A stretch of DNA of 64,000 bases from Hemiscyllium ocellatum. Lineage: Eukaryota. This document shows positions 34,084 through 47,010 of this stretch, one piece after another. The stretch covers positions 3,020,427-3,084,426 of the forward strand of contig NW_026867476.1 of the NCBI RefSeq assembly GCF_020745735.1, in the 5' to 3' direction. The notes under the pieces are model-generated. The model ran no database searches. It worked only from the letters and a program-made list of their open reading frames with translations, and was not told the origin of the DNA. Within the stretch, counting starts at the first letter, position 1. Every line of letters begins with the position of its first letter. A program made the translations under genes and the position numbers.

Positions 34084-34534
34084 CTCTGGGAAAGTTAATC
34101 CAGGTCTGTGTCTCAATTGAAAAACACAGGGCAAATGCAGGAGAATTGACGTTACGGGCACGAGCCTTTCATCAGGAATGGTGTGTGGATGTACACAGGG
34201 GTCTCAGCGTCCTTCTACAGTGCCAGTCACTGCCAGTTGTCAGACAGGTGTAGCAAGCAATGATCAAGGCAAGAGGAATTGAGTTGAGAAGTGGGGATGT
34301 CTTCCTGCAGTTAGGGTGTCACTGAATATATCCAAGGCTGAGTTCATCTGATTTTTGAACAACAAAGAAGTGGATGGTTATAGAGGAAGGCAAGAAAAAG
34401 GTTTGGAGACCAGTACAGATCAGTTACAAAAACAAACCCTTTAGTCTGACCTGTCCATTGCTGACTATGTTCTCAATCTAAAGTATACCCATCTGCCTGT
34501 GTTTAGCCCATATCCCTCTGAACCTTTCCCATTG

Positions 34535-35290
34535 GAGTCATAGAGATGTACAGCATGGAAACAGACCCTTCGGTCTAACTTGTCCATGCCGACCAGTTTT
34601 CCTAATCTAGTCCTACTTGTCAGCACTTGGCCCATATCCATCTAAACCCTTCCTATTTACAGACCAATCCAGATGCCTTTTAAATGCTGTAATTATATCA
34701 GCCTCCAGCACTTCCTCTGGCTGGTCATTCCATACATGCATCACTCTCCGTGTGAAAAAGCTGCCCCTTAGGTCCCTTTTATGTCTTTCCTCTGTCACCC
34801 TAAACCTATGCCCTCTCGTTCTGGACTTCTTCACCCCAGGGAAAATACTTTGTTTATTTACCCTATCTGTGCTCCTCATGATTTTATAAACCTCTGTAAG
34901 GTCGCCCCTCAGCCTCCGATGCTCCAGGGAAAACAGCCCCAGCCTGTTCAGCCTCACCTGAGAGCTCAAATCTTTCAAACCTGGCATCATCCTGGTAAAT
35001 CTTTTCTGAACCCTTTTCAAGTTTCACAACATCCTTCTGATAGGAAGGAGACCAGAATTGCACAAAATATTCCAAAAGTGGCCTCGCCAATGTCCTGTAC
35101 AGCTGCAACATCACCTTCCCACTCCTGTATTCAATGCTCTAACCAATAAAGGAAAGCATACCAAATGCTGCCTACACTATCCTATCTACCTGCGACTCTA
35201 CCTTCAAGGGGCTATGCACTGCACTCCAGGCGTCTCTTTATTCAGCACACTCCCCAGGAGTTATACCTTAAAGGGTATAAGTTCTGCTGT
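34535..35290 (-). mobile_element. CR1 3' portion
   Basis: LYRTLARPLLEYFVQFWSP, RVQKRFTRMMPG, VWNDQPEEV. Confidence 0.85.
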
Positions 35291-36379
35291 GATTTGCTTT
35301 TCACAAACCCACGCAGACACAAGGAGAATGTGCAAACTCCACACAGACAGTTGCCCGAGGTGTGAATTGAACCCGGGTCTTTGGCGCTGTGAGGCAGCAG
35401 TGCTAACGACTGAGCCACCGTGCCGCCTCCACTGATGTACTTATTCAAATGTCTTTTAAATGTTTTAACTGTACCTGCATCCACCCTTTCCCCTGGACAT
35501 TCATTCCATCCAAGAACCACACTCTTGGGGGGGGGGGGGGAAAGAAATGGTGCCCCTCATGTCTTTTTAAAATCTGTCTCCTCTCTTCAAAATTTGCTCC
35601 CTAATCTTGAACCCCCACCCTTGGCAAAGGATATCTGCCGGTCACCTCATCTATACCCCTCGTGATTTTATAATCCTCTATACGGTCACCAGTCAACCTC
35701 CTCCGCTCCAGTGGAAACATTTCCAGCCTATTCAGCGAGATGTAGGTATATTCATATCCACTTATGATCTGTTCAATGCTGGTGCAGGCTTGACAGGCTA
35801 AGTGGCTACTCCTGTTCCCAATTCTCACGTTTGTAGTCCAGGACAGTAAGAGACCATAAAACACAGGAGCAGAAATGAGGCCTTTCAGCCCATCAGGACT
35901 GCTCCACCATTACATCATGGCTGATAAGTTTCTCAATCCCGTTCTCCCCGTAACCCTCGATTCCCCTTGATACTCACGAACCTATCTACCTCCGTCTTAC
36001 AAATGCTCAGTGACCTGGCCTCCACAGCCTTCTATAGCAGTGAATTCCATATGTTCACCACTCTCTGGCTGAAAAGGTTTCTCCTTACCTTTGTTCTAAA
36101 AGATCTTCCCTTTACTCTAATGCTGTGCCCTCAAATTCTAATCTCTCCTACCAATGGAAACATCCTCCCAACATCCACTCTGTCCAGGCCGTTCAGTATT
36201 CTGTGTGGTTTCAATTAGATCCCCCCTGAGTGTGGACCTGTTCATTAGTATGAACCAGCCCCTTCAAGATGGATACAGCAGGGATTAGGTTCAGCAAAGT
36301 GAGAATGGGGGGAGTGTGTGCGAGGTGGAGATTATCAGCATTTAGGGATAAGAGAGGAAAGAAAGTTCAATATAAATTA

Positions 36380-37058
36380 GAATTGATCAGCTGGGCTGAT
36401 AGGCCAAGGGGTGGCAGATGGAGTTTCATTTAGATAAATGTCACTGTTGCATTTTGGTAAGGCCAATCAGGGCAGGACTTACACAGTTAATGGGGTGTGT
36501 TGCCGAATAAATCGATCTTGCAGATTAAAAGCTCCTTGGAAGTGGAATTGCAGGGAGTCGGGATAATGAAGAAGGCATTTGGTATGCTTTCCTGTATTGG
36601 TCAGAGCATTGAGTACAGGAGTTGGGAGGTCATGTTACGGCTGCGCAGCTCATTGGTTAGGCCATTTTTGGAATATTGTGTGCAATTCTGGTCACCCTCC
36701 GATGGAAGAATGTTGTGAAACTTGAAAGGGTTCAGAAAATATTTGCAAGGATGTTATCGGAGCTGCAGGGTTTGATCCATAGGGAGATGCTGAATAGGCC
36801 AGGGATAATTTCCCTGGAGCATCGGAGACTGAGGGGTGACCTAATAGATGTTTATAAGGGGTATGGGTAGGGTGAATAGCCACAATCTTTTCCCCGTTGT
36901 AGGGAAGTCCAAAACTAGAGGGTGTAGGTTTGAGATGAGAGGGGAAAGATTTAAAATGGACCTAAGGGGTAACTTTTTCACAGAGGGTAGTGCACATATG
37001 GAACGAGCTGCCAGAGGAAGTGGTGGAGGCTGCTACAATTACAACATTTAAAAGGCAT
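36380..37058 (+). mobile_element. CR1 ORF2 3' portion (decayed)
   Basis: KKAFGMLSCIGQSIEY..LVRPFLEYCVQFWSP. Confidence 0.8.
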
Positions 37059-38270
37059 CCCTTTTGTCCTTAACATATTTATAAAAACTTTTCTAATTCA
37101 CTCGAACACTGTTTGCCAAAACTATCTCATGTCCCCTTTTCACCCTCCTGATTTCCCTTTTAAGTATACTCCTACTACCTTCATACTCTTCTAAGGATTC
37201 ATTCGATTTCTCCTGTCTATACTGTCATATGCTTCCTTCTTTTTGTTAGCCAAAACGTCGATTTCTCTAGTCATCCAGCATTCCCTATACCTACCAGCCT
37301 TTCCTTTCACCCTGATAGGAATATACTTCCTCTGGATTCTCATTATCCCATTTCTGAAGGCTTCCCATTTTCCAACCGTCCCATTACCTGCGAACATCTG
37401 CCCCCAATCAGCTTTTGAGAGGTCTTGCCTAATACCGTCAAAATTAGCCTTCCTCTAATTTAGAACTTCAACTTTTAGATCTGGTGCATCCTTTTCCATC
37501 ACTACTTTAAATCTCATGGAATTATAGTCACTGGCCCCAAAGTGCTCCCCCATTGACACCAACACAGTCACCAACTGTGCCTTATTTCTCAAAAGTTGGT
37601 CAGGTTTTGCACCTTCTGTGGTAGGAACATCCACATACTGACTCAGAAAATTTTCTTGTTCACACTTAACAAATTCCTCTCAATCTAATCCCTGAACATT
37701 ATGGCAACCCCTGTCTATGTTTGGAAAGTTAAAATCCCCAACCATAACCATCCTATTATTCTTACAGATAACTGAAATCTCCTTATAAATTTGTTTCTCA
37801 AATTCCCGCTGACTATTAGAGGGTCTATATTACAATCCCAATAAAGTGATCATCCCTTTGTTATTTCTAAGTTCTACTTAAATAACTCTTCTGGATGTAT
37901 TCCCAGGTATATCCTCCCTAAGTACAGCCGTAATACTATCCCCTTGCCAAAATGCCACTCACCTCCCCTTCCCCTTTCTAACTTTTCCATAGCATTTGTA
38001 TCCTGGAACATTAAGCTGCCAGTCCTGTTCATCCCTGAGCCACATTTCTGTAGTTGCTATGATATCTCAGTCCCATGTTCCTAAACATGAGCCCTGACTT
38101 CATTTGCCCTCCCTGTTGGGCCTCTTGCATTGAAATAAATGCAGTATAATTTATCAGTCCTATCTTGTTCTCTGCTTTGTCCCTCGCTGCCCTGACTGTT
38201 TGACTCACTCCCTTTCCCAACTGAAATCTCTCTCTCCTCACTATTTCCCTGGGACCCATTCCCCACCGTA
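37059..38270 (-). mobile_element. CR1 ORF2 endonuclease/linker portion (decayed)
   Basis: CIYFNARG, GDFNF-like and KWEAFRNGIMRIQRKYIP motifs on the - strand. Confidence 0.75.
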
Positions 38271-38863
38271 CTCATTCAGCAACTTTACTGGCTTTCTTTC
38301 TGCAAGCAGTCTTGATATTTTATTTTCATACTTTGATTCAGCTTATTCCAGGTTATTGTCACCTAAATGAAATTTTCCTGCACACACACTTCACCCTCAT
38401 GCAGCCAGATAGCCTTTTCAGGTTTCCATGTCCTGGATAATATGTGATCAGCAGGCATCGGGCAATCTACAGGAATTGCCACCAATGTTATATGTATTTA
38501 ACTGTACTGACAGTGATCACTTATTTTGTGAATTTATTTTTGCAGGAAGATATGTGGAAAGAAACTTGAAAGCAATTGATCCATCAACTTCTAACAGAGC
38601 TCCTTGATTCATTGGGACTTGAATATCAGTAGCCATTCAAATTGAGGGGAAATGTTTGCTTTTGTCTGCTTGAGAGATGGTGTGGCAGGAAGAATACTGA
38701 GACACCCAAGTGAGGGATATTCAGTGCGCTGTCTGTGAAAAGTGTTTCAAACCATTTACTCAGCTTGGGGGAATCAAAATCTCACCCCTCACGGTGGGGA
38801 GAGACCGTGTACCCGTTCTGTTTGTAATTTCAAACCCAGAGTGACACAAGGAAAGCTCTCCCC

Positions 38864-40057
38864 ATGGAGAAACCGTGGAAATGTGGGGACTGTGGGAAAG
38901 GATTCCCTTCCCCCTCGGTGCTGGAAATTCACAGACGTGTTCACACCGGGGAGAGGCCGTTTGTCTGCCACTGTTGCGGGAAAGGGTTCATTCAGTTGTC
39001 TCAGCTGCAGACACACCAGCGTGTCCACACCGGGGAGAAGCCGTTTATCTGCTCAGTGTGCGGGAAGGGGTTTGCGAATTCTTCCAACCTGCGGGCGCAC
39101 CAGCGGGTCCACACGGGAGAGAAGCCCTTCACGTGCTTGGTGTGCGGGAAGGGGTTCGCTCATTCATCTACACTGCTGATCCACAAGCGGATCCACACCG
39201 GGGAGAGGCCGTTTGCGTGCTCCGAGTGCGGGAAGGCTTTCCGTCGCACGAGCAACTTGCGGAAGCACGAGCGGGTCCACACGGGGGAGAGGCCCTTCAG
39301 GTGCCCCGAGTGCGGGCAGGGGTTCAGTCAGAGGAGTGACCTGCGTAATCATGAGCGGGTCCACACCGGTGAGAGGCCCTTCACCTGCCCCGAGTGCGGG
39401 AAGGCATTCCGTAATGTCGGCAATCTGCGGATGCACCAGCGGGTCCACACCGGTGAGAGGCCCTTCACTTGCCCCCAGTGCGGGAAGGCCTTCCGTCACG
39501 TGGGCGACCTGCGGAAGCACCAGCGGCTCCACACCGGGGAGAGGCCGTTCACCTGCCCCGAGTGCGGGAAGAGATTCCATCAGGTGCGCAACCTGCGGAA
39601 TCACGAGCGGGTCCACACCGGGGAGAGGCCGTTCACTTGCCCAGAGTGCGGGAAGGGATTCATCGATTCTTCCGGCCTGCTGACCCACCAGCGGGTCCAC
39701 ACCGGGGAGAGGCCGTTCACCTGCCCAGAGTGCGGGAAGGGATTCATTGATTCTTCCGGCCTGCAGACCCACTGGCGGATCCACACCGGGGAGAGGCCGT
39801 TCACCTGCTCCGTGTGCGGGAAGGGATTCAGTCATGTGGGCAATTTGCGGCAGCACGAGCGGGTCCACACGGGGGAGAGGCCGTTCACCTGCCCCGTGTG
39901 TGGGAAGGGATTTATCAATTCTTCCAGCCTGCTGACTCACCAGCGGGTCCACACCGGGGAGAGGCCATTCACCTGCTCCGTGTGCGGAAAAGCCTTCACC
40001 CGCTCCTCCCACCTGCAGAGACACCAACGAGTTCACGTGCCAAAGCAGGGAAATTGA
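38864..40057 (+). CDS. C2H2 zinc-finger protein, 14 fingers, no recognisable effector domain
   Basis: [12 protein letters not shown] start; 14 tandem fingers with canonical TGERPF linkers; intact 397-aa ORF. Confidence 0.92.
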   Translation: MEKPWKCGDCGKGFPSPSVLEIHRRVHTGERPFVCHCCGKGFIQLSQLQTHQRVHTGEKPFICSVCGKGFANSSNLRAHQRVHTGEKPFTCLVCGKGFAHSSTLLIHKRIHTGERPFACSECGKAFRRTSNLRKHERVHTGERPFRCPECGQGFSQRSDLRNHERVHTGERPFTCPECGKAFRNVGNLRMHQRVHTGERPFTCPQCGKAFRHVGDLRKHQRLHTGERPFTCPECGKRFHQVRNLRNHERVHTGERPFTCPECGKGFIDSSGLLTHQRVHTGERPFTCPECGKGFIDSSGLQTHWRIHTGERPFTCSVCGKGFSHVGNLRQHERVHTGERPFTCPVCGKGFINSSSLLTHQRVHTGERPFTCSVCGKAFTRSSHLQRHQRVHVPKQGN

Positions 40058-40884
40058 AGGAGCGACAGACAAGTGCCATTTTCGATTCGAACTTTCAGTC
40101 CAGTTCTGGGGAGGTGCGAGGTTCGAATCCCACCATGGCAGATGGCGCAATTGAAATCTGCAGTTCCGAATCAAACAATGAAACCATTTTCAGGGGAAGA
40201 AAAGCCGCATCTTATTCACTCATGTTCTTTTTAGAGAATGAAGCTGCTGTTGCAGGGAAGGATTCACTCAGTCATCCCAGCTGCATCCTTTACCCAGTCC
40301 GGCCTATGTGTGACTCCAGACCCACAGCAGTGTGGTTGACTCTTGATTGCAGCCCCTCCACCTCCTGCCTATGAGCTGGAGAAACACACTTGTATACAGT
40401 GTGTAGGCTGAAATTGCTGAGTGAGGCAATAGTTCCTGCAGGTGAAGGCTGTACCAAGGATCCAATAACAAAGGGATAATTTGGTGCTGACCAATATAAA
40501 GAAATTGGGGGAATGGGGAGTGTGTGCACTTTGACCTTGAGCTGTTTTTTTTTAAAAAAGCTAGCTTTCATACGCCTTTTTGCTGGGAAAATCTGAAGCT
40601 GTAATGAAGGTGGGTCGCAATAAAGGTTACTTGAACTCATTGTCGGACTCTGACTCTCATTGAAAGCTGTGAGATTCAACAGGTTTTTTTTCTTTAAAGC
40701 TGCTAATTTCTTTCGACCTCCAACACCAATTTTCCAATGTCATGTATCAGAAGGAGCAGTTAATGAGTAGCTAGAATCCCGAGAAATTGTAAATTTTTTT
40801 CCGGAGTGCAGGTTCATTGTTTCATCAGCATTGTAAGGTTTACTGGCAGCAGCAGAAGGTTGGGTTGTATTCACTAGAAACAAA

Positions 40885-41540
40885 GATTAAAAGTCACACA
40901 ACATCAGGCTATGGTTCAGCAGGTTTATTTGGAAGCACTAGGTTTTGGAGCATCGCTCTTTCATTGGGTAGCTGTGGAGCAGGATCTTAAGACACAGGAT
41001 TAAAATTAAAACTTAAGTTTTTCATCATTTCATCAGCATTGTAAAGGTTACTGACATCAGCGGGAGGTGTGGGCTGTGTTCACAGGCAACAAAGTTATAA
41101 ATCATACAAATGTGTTGGAATATAACCTGGTGTTATTTGGAAGGACTAGCTCTCGGAGCGCTGCTCCTTCATCAGGTAGCGATAGAGCAGGATCATAAGA
41201 CCTAGAATTTGTAGCAAAAAATTAGTGTCAGACAATTGAATTAAACAAATCTAGATTGCTGTTACATCTTTCATCTTTTAGAATGGGTTGTGGGTTTTGG
41301 TTCTGGTTCATTAATATATAAATCCCAGAACTACTTATAAGTAACGTTCTCGATGTAACGTGAAGGTGACATTTCAGCTCAGATGATGTATTAAAGGTGT
41401 GAGGTTAGAGTCTGTCTCCTAATGTTGAGTCAGACTGGTTCTACTTCCAAAGTAGGAATTTATAAAATATTAATGGATTGACTGCCTGCAGATTGTGTAC
41501 TTTGAGCAAAATTGAATGTATCTGCAAAAATAGTTCTGCA
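40885..41540 (-). mobile_element. PLE 3' terminal-repeat fragments (tandemly duplicated) with degenerate hammerheads
   Basis: Reverse strand CTGATGAAGGAGCAGCGCTCCGAGAGCTAG (~41147-41175; GAAA>GAGA); second decayed copy at ~40937-40968. Confidence 0.7.
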
Positions 41541-41643
41541 AGTTCTGGCTCAAAGGTTGAAGACAGAGGGTGGTGGTGGAAGGGTGCTTTTCAGACTGGA
41601 GGCTTGTGACCAGTGTGCACCATAAGGATCGGCGCTGGGTCCA

Positions 41644-41967
41644 TTAGATTAGATTAGATTAGATTAGACTTACAGTGTGGAAACAGGCCCTTCGGCCCAA
41701 CAAGTCCACACCGACCCGCCGAAGCGAAACCCACCCATACCCCTACATTACCCCTTACCTAACACTACGGGCAATTTAGCATGGCCAATTCACCTGACCC
41801 GCACATCTTTGGACTGTGGGAGGAAACCGGAGCACCCGGAGGAAACCCACGCAGACACGGGGAGAACGTGCAAACTCCACACAGTCAGTCGCCTGAGTCA
41901 GGAATTGAACCCGGGTCTCTGGCGCTGTGAGGCAGCAGTGCTAACCACTGTGCCACCGTGCCGCCCA
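41644..41967 (-). mobile_element. HE1/V-SINE, full length, young
   Basis: Reverse complement of the 27657-27968 type, with (taatc)n tail. Confidence 0.9.
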
Positions 41968-42309
41968 CATCATTACTTTTCATCATTTATATAAATGGTT
42001 TGACTGTGAACATAGGTAGCAAAATTGGAGGTGTAGTGGACAGTGAAGAAGTTTACTTCTGATTAAAACAGGATCTTGATCAGTTGGGCCAATGGGCTGA
42101 GGAGTGGCAGATGGAACTTAATTTAGATAAAGGTGAGGTGCTGCATTTTTGAAAAACAAATCAGAGCAGGATTTATACACTTAATGGTAAGGTCCCAGGG
42201 AGTGTTGCTGAACAAAGACCTTGGAGTACAAATTCATAATTCCTTCAGAGTTGCAGGTAGATAGGATAGTGAAGAAGGTGTTTGATACAATTTCCTTTAG
42301 TTCCTTTCC

Positions 42310-42850
42310 CAGTGAATCAGGTGGCGCCGTCAGAAGTTGATGTACCATTTGGTTTTAGATTTCTTTCCCCATGTCTTCCTCTAAAGAAATTCACAAAATA
42401 AATGATCACTGTCAGCACAGTCAAATAAATATAACATAGATGACAATTCCTGTAGATTGCCAGATGCCTGCCAATCTCTTGCTGTCTAGGACACAGAAAC
42501 CTGAAAACCCTCATGCAGCCAGATAGCCTTAAGTGTATATGGAGGGAAACTTCATTTAGGTGACAATGACCTGGAACAAGCTGCCTACAAAGGTGCTGGA
42601 AATGGAGCTGGATCAAGGATATGATAATGAAAAGTCAAGGCTACTTGAGAAAAGAAATGATTTGGAGATGCCGGTGTTGGACTGGGGTGTACAAAGTTAA
42701 AAATCACACAACACCAGGTTATAGTCCAACAGGTTTAATGGAGCGGTGCTCCGAAAGCTAGTGTGCTTCCAATTAAACCTGTTGGACTGTAACCTGGTGT
42801 TGTGTGATTTTTAACTGAGAAAAGAAAGCTAGTAAAGTTGCTGAATGCTG
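42310..42850 (-). pseudogene. Inverted paralogous copy of the ZNF gene 3 intron/exon-2 5' region (no fingers)
   Basis: Reverse complement aligns with ~38275-38615; contains a PLE hairpin insertion at 42658-42815 with 12-bp TSD TGAGAAAAGAAA. Confidence 0.7.
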
Positions 42851-43309
42851 ACCTTTTAAATAAAATCGATGACGAGAACAACAGCATGTAATCCCATTAC
42901 TATGGACTATCAAACTTACATCATATGAAGCAATTTATATTTTACATAAGTCTACATTTTATATCAATTAAAATCATTAAACTCCTGCAGTGCAGAAAGA
43001 GGCCACTTGGCCCATTGAATGCATTGAGTATAGGAGTTGGGAGGTCATGTTGCAGCTGTGCAGGACATTGGTTCAGCCACTTTTAGAATATTGCATTTGA
43101 TTCTGGTCACCCTCCTACAGGATAGGAAAGATATTGTAAAACTTGAAAAGATTGATAAGGAAGTCGCCAGGGTTTGTGCTAGAAGGCGAGACTGAATAGG
43201 ATGGGGCTGTTGCCCCTTGGCCGTCAGAGGCAGAGGGTGAACTTGAAGAGATTTATAAAAGCATGAGTAGGACGGATAGGGGAAATAGGCAAGGTCTTTT
43301 CCCCAGGGT

Positions 43310-43626
43310 TTAGATTAGATTAGATTACTTACAGTGTGGAAACAGGCCCATCGGCCCAACAAGTCCACACTGACCCGCCGAAGCGCAACCCACTCATACC
43401 CCTACATATACGCCTTGCCTAACAGTACGGGCAATTTAGCATAGCCAATTCACCTGACCCGCACATCTTTGGACTGTGGGAGGAAACCGGAGCACCCGGA
43501 GGAAACCCACGCAGACACGGGGAGAACGTGCAAACTCCACACAGTCAGTCGCCTGAGTCGGGAATTGAACCCGGGTCTCAGGCGCTGTGAGGCAGCAGTG
43601 CTAACCACTGTGCCACCGTGCCGCCC
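43310..43626 (-). mobile_element. HE1/V-SINE, full length
   Basis: Same family as 41644-41967. Confidence 0.9.
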
Positions 43627-44119
43627 ATGCCACTGTGCCGCCCACAACCAGGTTGAGGGGGGTAAGAGTCCAAAACCAGGGGGCTTCGGTTTAGGGTGAG
43701 AGGGCAATACCACCATGTTATCAGTGCTTGATTAGCAGTACCAACTCTCTACCTTTACCTAGCTTCCTATTTGACTTGAATGGCACGTACCCCTCGATAT
43801 TCAGGATCCAATCCTTGTCATCCTGTAAGGAGTCTCAGACCATAATTATTCTCTTCAATGTATGCAATCAAGTCATTCAGTTTTGTTACAATGCAGCACA
43901 CGTTCAGGCACAGTCTTTAATTTCAATTTTTGTGATCTTCTGAAACCAGCTTTGATTGCCGGTACGTTTATCCTCCTTGTCCCTTTCTATCGTTTCCTGA
44001 CGTTCATTTTCCACATCACGACCTTGCTTACTGACCTCAATTCTGATTGGTCATGCTAAACTGCCCATTGTGTCCAGGCATGTACAGGTTAGCCATGGGA
44101 AATGCAGGGTTATTGTTCA

Positions 44120-44890
44120 CAGTAATAGAAGCAGGAGTAGGCCATTTGACCCATTGAACCTGCTCTGCCGTTCATTAAGATCATGGCTGATTGATTCATT
44201 GTCTCATTGCCTCCTATCTGCACTATCTCAACTACCCTTAATTCCCCTACCATGCAAAAACCCCATCCAACTGTGTCTTGAATATACCGAACGAATCTGT
44301 CTCTACTGCTTCCTTGGGCAGAGAATTCCAAAGATTCACGACTCTCCAGGAAAAGCAGTTCCTCCTCATCTCTGTCCAGACTCTACTCCCCCAATCTTGA
44401 GGCCAATACCCCTCATCCTGGTCTCATCCACCAGCAGAAACAACTGGAATGGGTAGGGTGGATCTGTGTGGCACGCTGTTCAGAGGGGCTGGCGTGGACT
44501 TGATTGTCGGAATGGCTGACATAACCTCTCTGCTTTTAAACTCAATCCCTTTAGTAATGAAGGACAAAATTCCATTTGACATCTTAATTACCTGTTGCAC
44601 CTTCAAACCAACGCTCTGATTCATGCACAAGGACACGCAGGTCCCTCTGCACACCAGCATGCTGCAACTCTTTACCATCAAGTCATTACTGTTATTCCTA
44701 CCAAAATGGATGACTTCATATTTATTAACGTTGCATCCCTTTGCCCACTCACTCAAAGCATCTATGTTCCTCTGCAAAGTTTCACAGTCCTCTGCACACT
44801 TTGCTCTGCCACTCTTCTTAGTGTCACCTGCAAACTTTGACCTGCGACCCATGGCCCCCAACTCCAAATCATCAGTATAGATTGTGAATA
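44120..44890 (-). mobile_element. CR1 ORF2/3' UTR (decayed)
   Basis: LFTIYTDDLE..SKFAGDTK..YEVIHFGRNN. Confidence 0.8.
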
Positions 44891-45499
44891 ATAATACAAC
44901 CAATGGGATCAGATCTAAGCTCTGCAGTCCTGCTCCATTCAGTGATGAATGGTGGCGGACAATTAACCAATTCATTGGAGGAGGTGGCTCCACCAATAAC
45001 CCCATCCTCAATGATGGAAGAGCCCAGCACATCAGCACAAAAAGAACAGGCCGAGGCACTCGCGGCAATCTTCAGCCAGTAGCAAAGAAATCTTAATAAC
45101 TTACTTCAGATTCCAACAGCATTCAGTTAAGTATCCAAAGCTTTAGACTGAACCAAGCCTCTCCATAAGTTTGAATAAAATCACAGAAGGAGCTGATTAC
45201 TAACTCTAGTTGTTGTGAGGGATGACAAGATTTAAAAAAAAATCAAGTAATTCATCTCCATTAAGTTTCTTTACAAGGGTGGGCTGGCTCAAAGTTGCAG
45301 AGCTACCATTAACACATACAAGTGCACAATTCCATCAAAGCTCTTGCTGTAGATTTGTTATTATATACCACCTGTTATAGGTACTAAGCATCATGAAATC
45401 CTAAGTGCTAGTTGATTAAGAGTAAGATTGTAGCAATTAGCTTGAATTAACGAAATTGGATAACAAAATAATTTAGGATTCATGCCTTTTTCACACATG

Positions 45500-46216
45500 G
45501 TGGTATATGTATGGAATGAGCTGCCAGAGGAAGTGGTGGGGGCTGGTACAATTGCAACATTTAAGAGGCATTTGGACGGGTATATGAATAGGAAGGGTTT
45601 GGAGGGATATGGGCCGGGTGCTGGCAGGCGGGACTGATTTGGGATGGGATATCTGGTCGGCATGGACGGGTTGGACCGAAGGGTCTGTTTCCATGTTGTA
45701 CATCTCTATGACTCTAAGACTCCACCCTGGACTCTGGGAGAAACTTTGAGCTCCCGGAGGAAGCCCACGCAGACGCCGGAGAATGTGCACAATCGCCTGA
45801 GAGTGGGATCAAACCTGGGGCCCTGGTGCTGTGAGTGGCAGTGCTGAGCTACTGTGATGCCTTAGGTGGCTAAGGTGGTGGATAGGGGTATGTTGTATAT
45901 GTGGACATCCGGAAGGCATTTGATAAAGTCTCTGAGAGGCTGCTAACTTAGGTCCAAGCCCACAAAACTGAGAACAAATTACTGGCAGGGTTGTGAAACT
46001 GGTTGACAACCCGAAACAGGGAGAATGGGTAGGTCCTCATTGTCAGGATGTGACCAATGTTCCCGCAGAAAGGTTGCCAACATCATCAAAGTCCCCTCCC
46101 ACTCCCACTGCTCTCTTACAACCTCTTCGGTCAGGCAGAAGATACAGGATCTTGAACGCACACGCCAACAGGTTCAGAAACTGTTATTAGACTGATGAAT
46201 ATACTCAATGTATACA
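45500..46216 (+). repeat. Segmental duplicate of the ERV flanks (empty site)
   Basis: 45500-45634 matches 7410-7544 and 45635-46216 matches 15434-16026, with a single GGAC at 45631-45634. Confidence 0.85.
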
Positions 46217-46871
46217 TACATATGAATAGGAAGGGTTTGGAGGGATATGGGCCGGGTGCTGGCAGGTGGGACTAGATTGGGTTGGGATATCTGGTCGGCA
46301 TGGACGGGTTGGACTGAAGGGTCTGTTTCCATGCTGTACATCTCTATGACTCTATAAGTGCTGACTGGATGATCCATCTCGGCCTCTTCCAGAGATCCCC
46401 AGCATCACAGATACCAGTCTTCAGACAATTCCAGAAGTTCATAAAATGATGAGGGGCACAGATAGGGTGAATAGCCAAGGTCTTTTCCTGTTCTGACTGC
46501 CCGTGACTGAGCAGGACACAGACAGCGAGCCATGGTTAATGCAGCGGAACATAGCTGACAGGAGTTAGACACCTTGGGAACCATGTTTACTTAACATAGT
46601 CCTGACAAGTAAAACAATAATAATCCTAGACTCTTGAATTATTTAATAAATCTGTTTTAATATTTAGAGTAGGTTTTAGTTAAGATCCTTCAAATAATTA
46701 TAGATCTAGATCCTTTAGTATTTACAGATCTACCTACACACAAAAAAATCATTAAAGCATTAGAAGAAAAGATTCTAACCAGTTTCAGACAGTGAAAGCA
46801 GCCCCGTGTCATTACAGAGAGGAATGAACATTGATACGGAAATTAGCAGACATTGGAATGTGAGGTGAATG

Positions 46872-47010
46872 TCCTCCCTACCTTTTATCTCAGCCGGCTT
46901 GGCTCTCTCTCTCTTATTCCTGATGAAGGGCTTATGCTCGAAACGTCGAATTCTCTATTCCTGAGATGCTGCCTAACCTGCTGTGCTTTGACCAGCAACA
47001 CATTTGCAGC
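46872..47010 (+). mobile_element. PLE terminal-repeat fragment with intact hammerhead motif (46916-46951)
   Basis: ATTC-CTGATGA-A-GGGCTTATGCTC-GAAA-C-GTC-GAAT, identical to 942-977. Confidence 0.8.

Noticed and set aside
40105-40160. tRNA gene (GGTTCGAATCCC B box)
   Set aside because: No cloverleaf or A box; looks like a fragment of a tRNA-derived SINE.
39164-40174. 336-aa antisense ORF and other alternate-frame ORFs over the ZNF genes (also 2254-2691, 19302-19889)
   Set aside because: Shadow ORFs expected from GC-rich 84-bp finger repeats; periodic, with no independent domain.
41677-41994. Recurrent ORFs containing DCGRKPEHPEETHADTGR
   Set aside because: Antisense translation of the HE1/V-SINE central domain.
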